Under the pieces are notes generated by a model. It was not told the origin of the DNA and did not search any database. It worked only from the letters and a program-made list of their open reading frames with translations. Source: a virus (Duplodnaviria; Caudoviricetes). Taken from it: DNA of 54,714 nucleotides. The stretch's first letter is position 1; every line of letters starts with the position of its first letter. Shown piece by piece: positions 53,847-54,714 of this stretch. The translations under genes and the position numbers were made by a program. The DNA is taken from IMG/VR virus record IMGVR_UViG_3300042549_005982, positions 1 through 54,714 of that record, one strand, 5' to 3'.

Positions 53847-54714
53847 GCAGTTTGCTCCTTTTGCATGGACGATGCTTTTCGCAGCACACGCGATTGATTG
53901 AGGGCTCGTCTCGCGTTTGTCACGTATTCATCGTTAATCTCGAGGCCGATAACATGATCCGCTCCGAGGGCTTCTGCGGCCCGCAGCGATGACCCACCAC
54001 CGCATGTCGGATCGAGAAAACGAGTGTTCGAATCGACGAACATTTGTAAAAAGTGCTTGAGGACTGGTTCGGGTTTGGTGTGAGGGTGATGCTCCTTGTT
54101 GGTTGGGGAGGCGATTGCGTTGCTGACGGGCTTCACAAGCAGGCGATCCTCGCGGCTTGCAATCAGGGCCGTCTCGTAAATGCGTCTGGGTTCGCGCTTG
54201 GGGTCCGGCACAATTCCCACGTTGTCACTCTTGACCCACACAAGGGGGAAATTGCAGAACGACAAATTGGGCGCGAGGTCGGAAAACATCTCCAGGGTTC
54301 TGGCTTGGATTTTGATGTCGCCGGAAAGCCAAAACACCAGATGCCCGGAATGAGCCATGATGCGGTCGAGGTTGGCGCACAAGCATTCAATTAGTTTGAT
54401 GTAAACGTCTGCGCCGTCGTCGTAGCCAGATGTGGTGCGCTTGCCAGACCATGCGCCTCCGAAGACATTCACGCCGTAAGGAAAGTCGCAGTGGATCAGG
54501 TTGAAGGGTTCGCCCCGATAGGCTGGAGCCCAGTCGAGGAAGGACTCTTGAAGGATGGACTGGTCGGCTGGAGTTATAAGGGGTGCTGTTCGTGCCGATT
54601 TCGGCGGGGCGTCCGCCGATGCGCCGGTATGGGGGGTTTTTTGGCCGGTGGTTGCGTCTAAAAGGTCGTCTAGGGGGTTACTACCTTCCACCCCTTCAAG
54701 GGCGTCATTGGCCG
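53843..54714 (-). CDS. N6A/N4C DNA methyltransferase domain (3' part of ParB-MTase fusion, ~477 aa in total)
   Basis: HCDFPY (DPPY-like), LVWVK, HPHTKP, FLDPTCGGGS, GLEIN; beta-class motif order. Confidence 0.88.
   Translation of the reverse strand, partial: ANDALEGVEGSNPLDDLLDATTGQKTPHTGASADAPPKSARTAPLITPADQSILQESFLDWAPAYRGEPFNLIHCDFPYGVNVFGGAWSGKRTTSGYDDGADVYIKLIECLCANLDRIMAHSGHLVFWLSGDIKIQARTLEMFSDLAPNLSFCNFPLVWVKSDNVGIVPDPKREPRRIYETALIASREDRLLVKPVSNAIASPTNKEHHPHTKPEPVLKHFLQMFVDSNTRFLDPTCGGGSSLRAAEALGADHVIGLEINDEYVTNARRALNQSRVLRKASSMQKEQTA
54517..54714. repeat. Terminal direct repeat, right copy
   Basis: Matches 1-198. Confidence 0.95.

Noticed and set aside
53843-54691. Stand-alone 282-aa methyltransferase as given by the ORF track
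   Set aside because: The frame stays open through the junction to ATG 760, so the GTG start is an edge artefact
54517-54714. Physical T7-like direct terminal repeats
   Set aside because: The repeat falls mid-gene and has a 127-nt exact core typical of an assembler overlap
1-54714. Lysogeny module, phage RNA polymerase, tRNAs, reverse transcriptase/DGR
   Set aside because: No integrase, CI/Cro pair, RNAP motifs, cloverleaf or RT motifs found by eye; ParB is fused to an MTase and has no ParA partner, so a plasmid-prophage lifestyle is unsupported

Overview
The window is an apparently complete, circularly assembled tailed-phage genome of about 54,516 unique bp; positions 1-198 are repeated at 54517-54714. 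Two arms diverge from a control region at about 17.3-17.7 kb and converge at about 48.85 kb. The minus-strand arm (17310 to 1, wrapping to 48874) is early/replication. It carries many small ORFs, a DenV-like glycosylase, a HIRAN protein, a UvrD-like helicase, and a Cas4/RecB-like exonuclease + Sak4-like ATPase + SSB recombination module. It continues with a ParB-methyltransferase fusion across the junction, a MazG-like protein, an Acb2/Tad1-like protein, a split UDG-exonuclease / PolA polymerase and a DUF3987-like ATPase. The plus-strand arm (17696-48844) holds the lysis cassette, fibres/tailspikes, TerL and a P22-like podovirus module (portal, scaffold, coat, gp4, gp10, ejection proteins). 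I saw no integrase, RNA polymerase, primase, tRNA or CRISPR array. An alphaproteobacterial host is a weak inference. The most notable observations are: (i) about 8 mostly unrelated early proteins share an acidic, mostly Phe-ended C-terminal tail, while the phage SSB lacks one; (ii) a highly ordered origin-like non-coding locus at 16.2-16.7 kb; (iii) a PolA split inside its exonuclease domain, with a UDG fusion; (iv) a repeat-linked mosaic micro-gene array; (v) candidate structured RNAs. All family names come from motif recognition by eye, not database searches.
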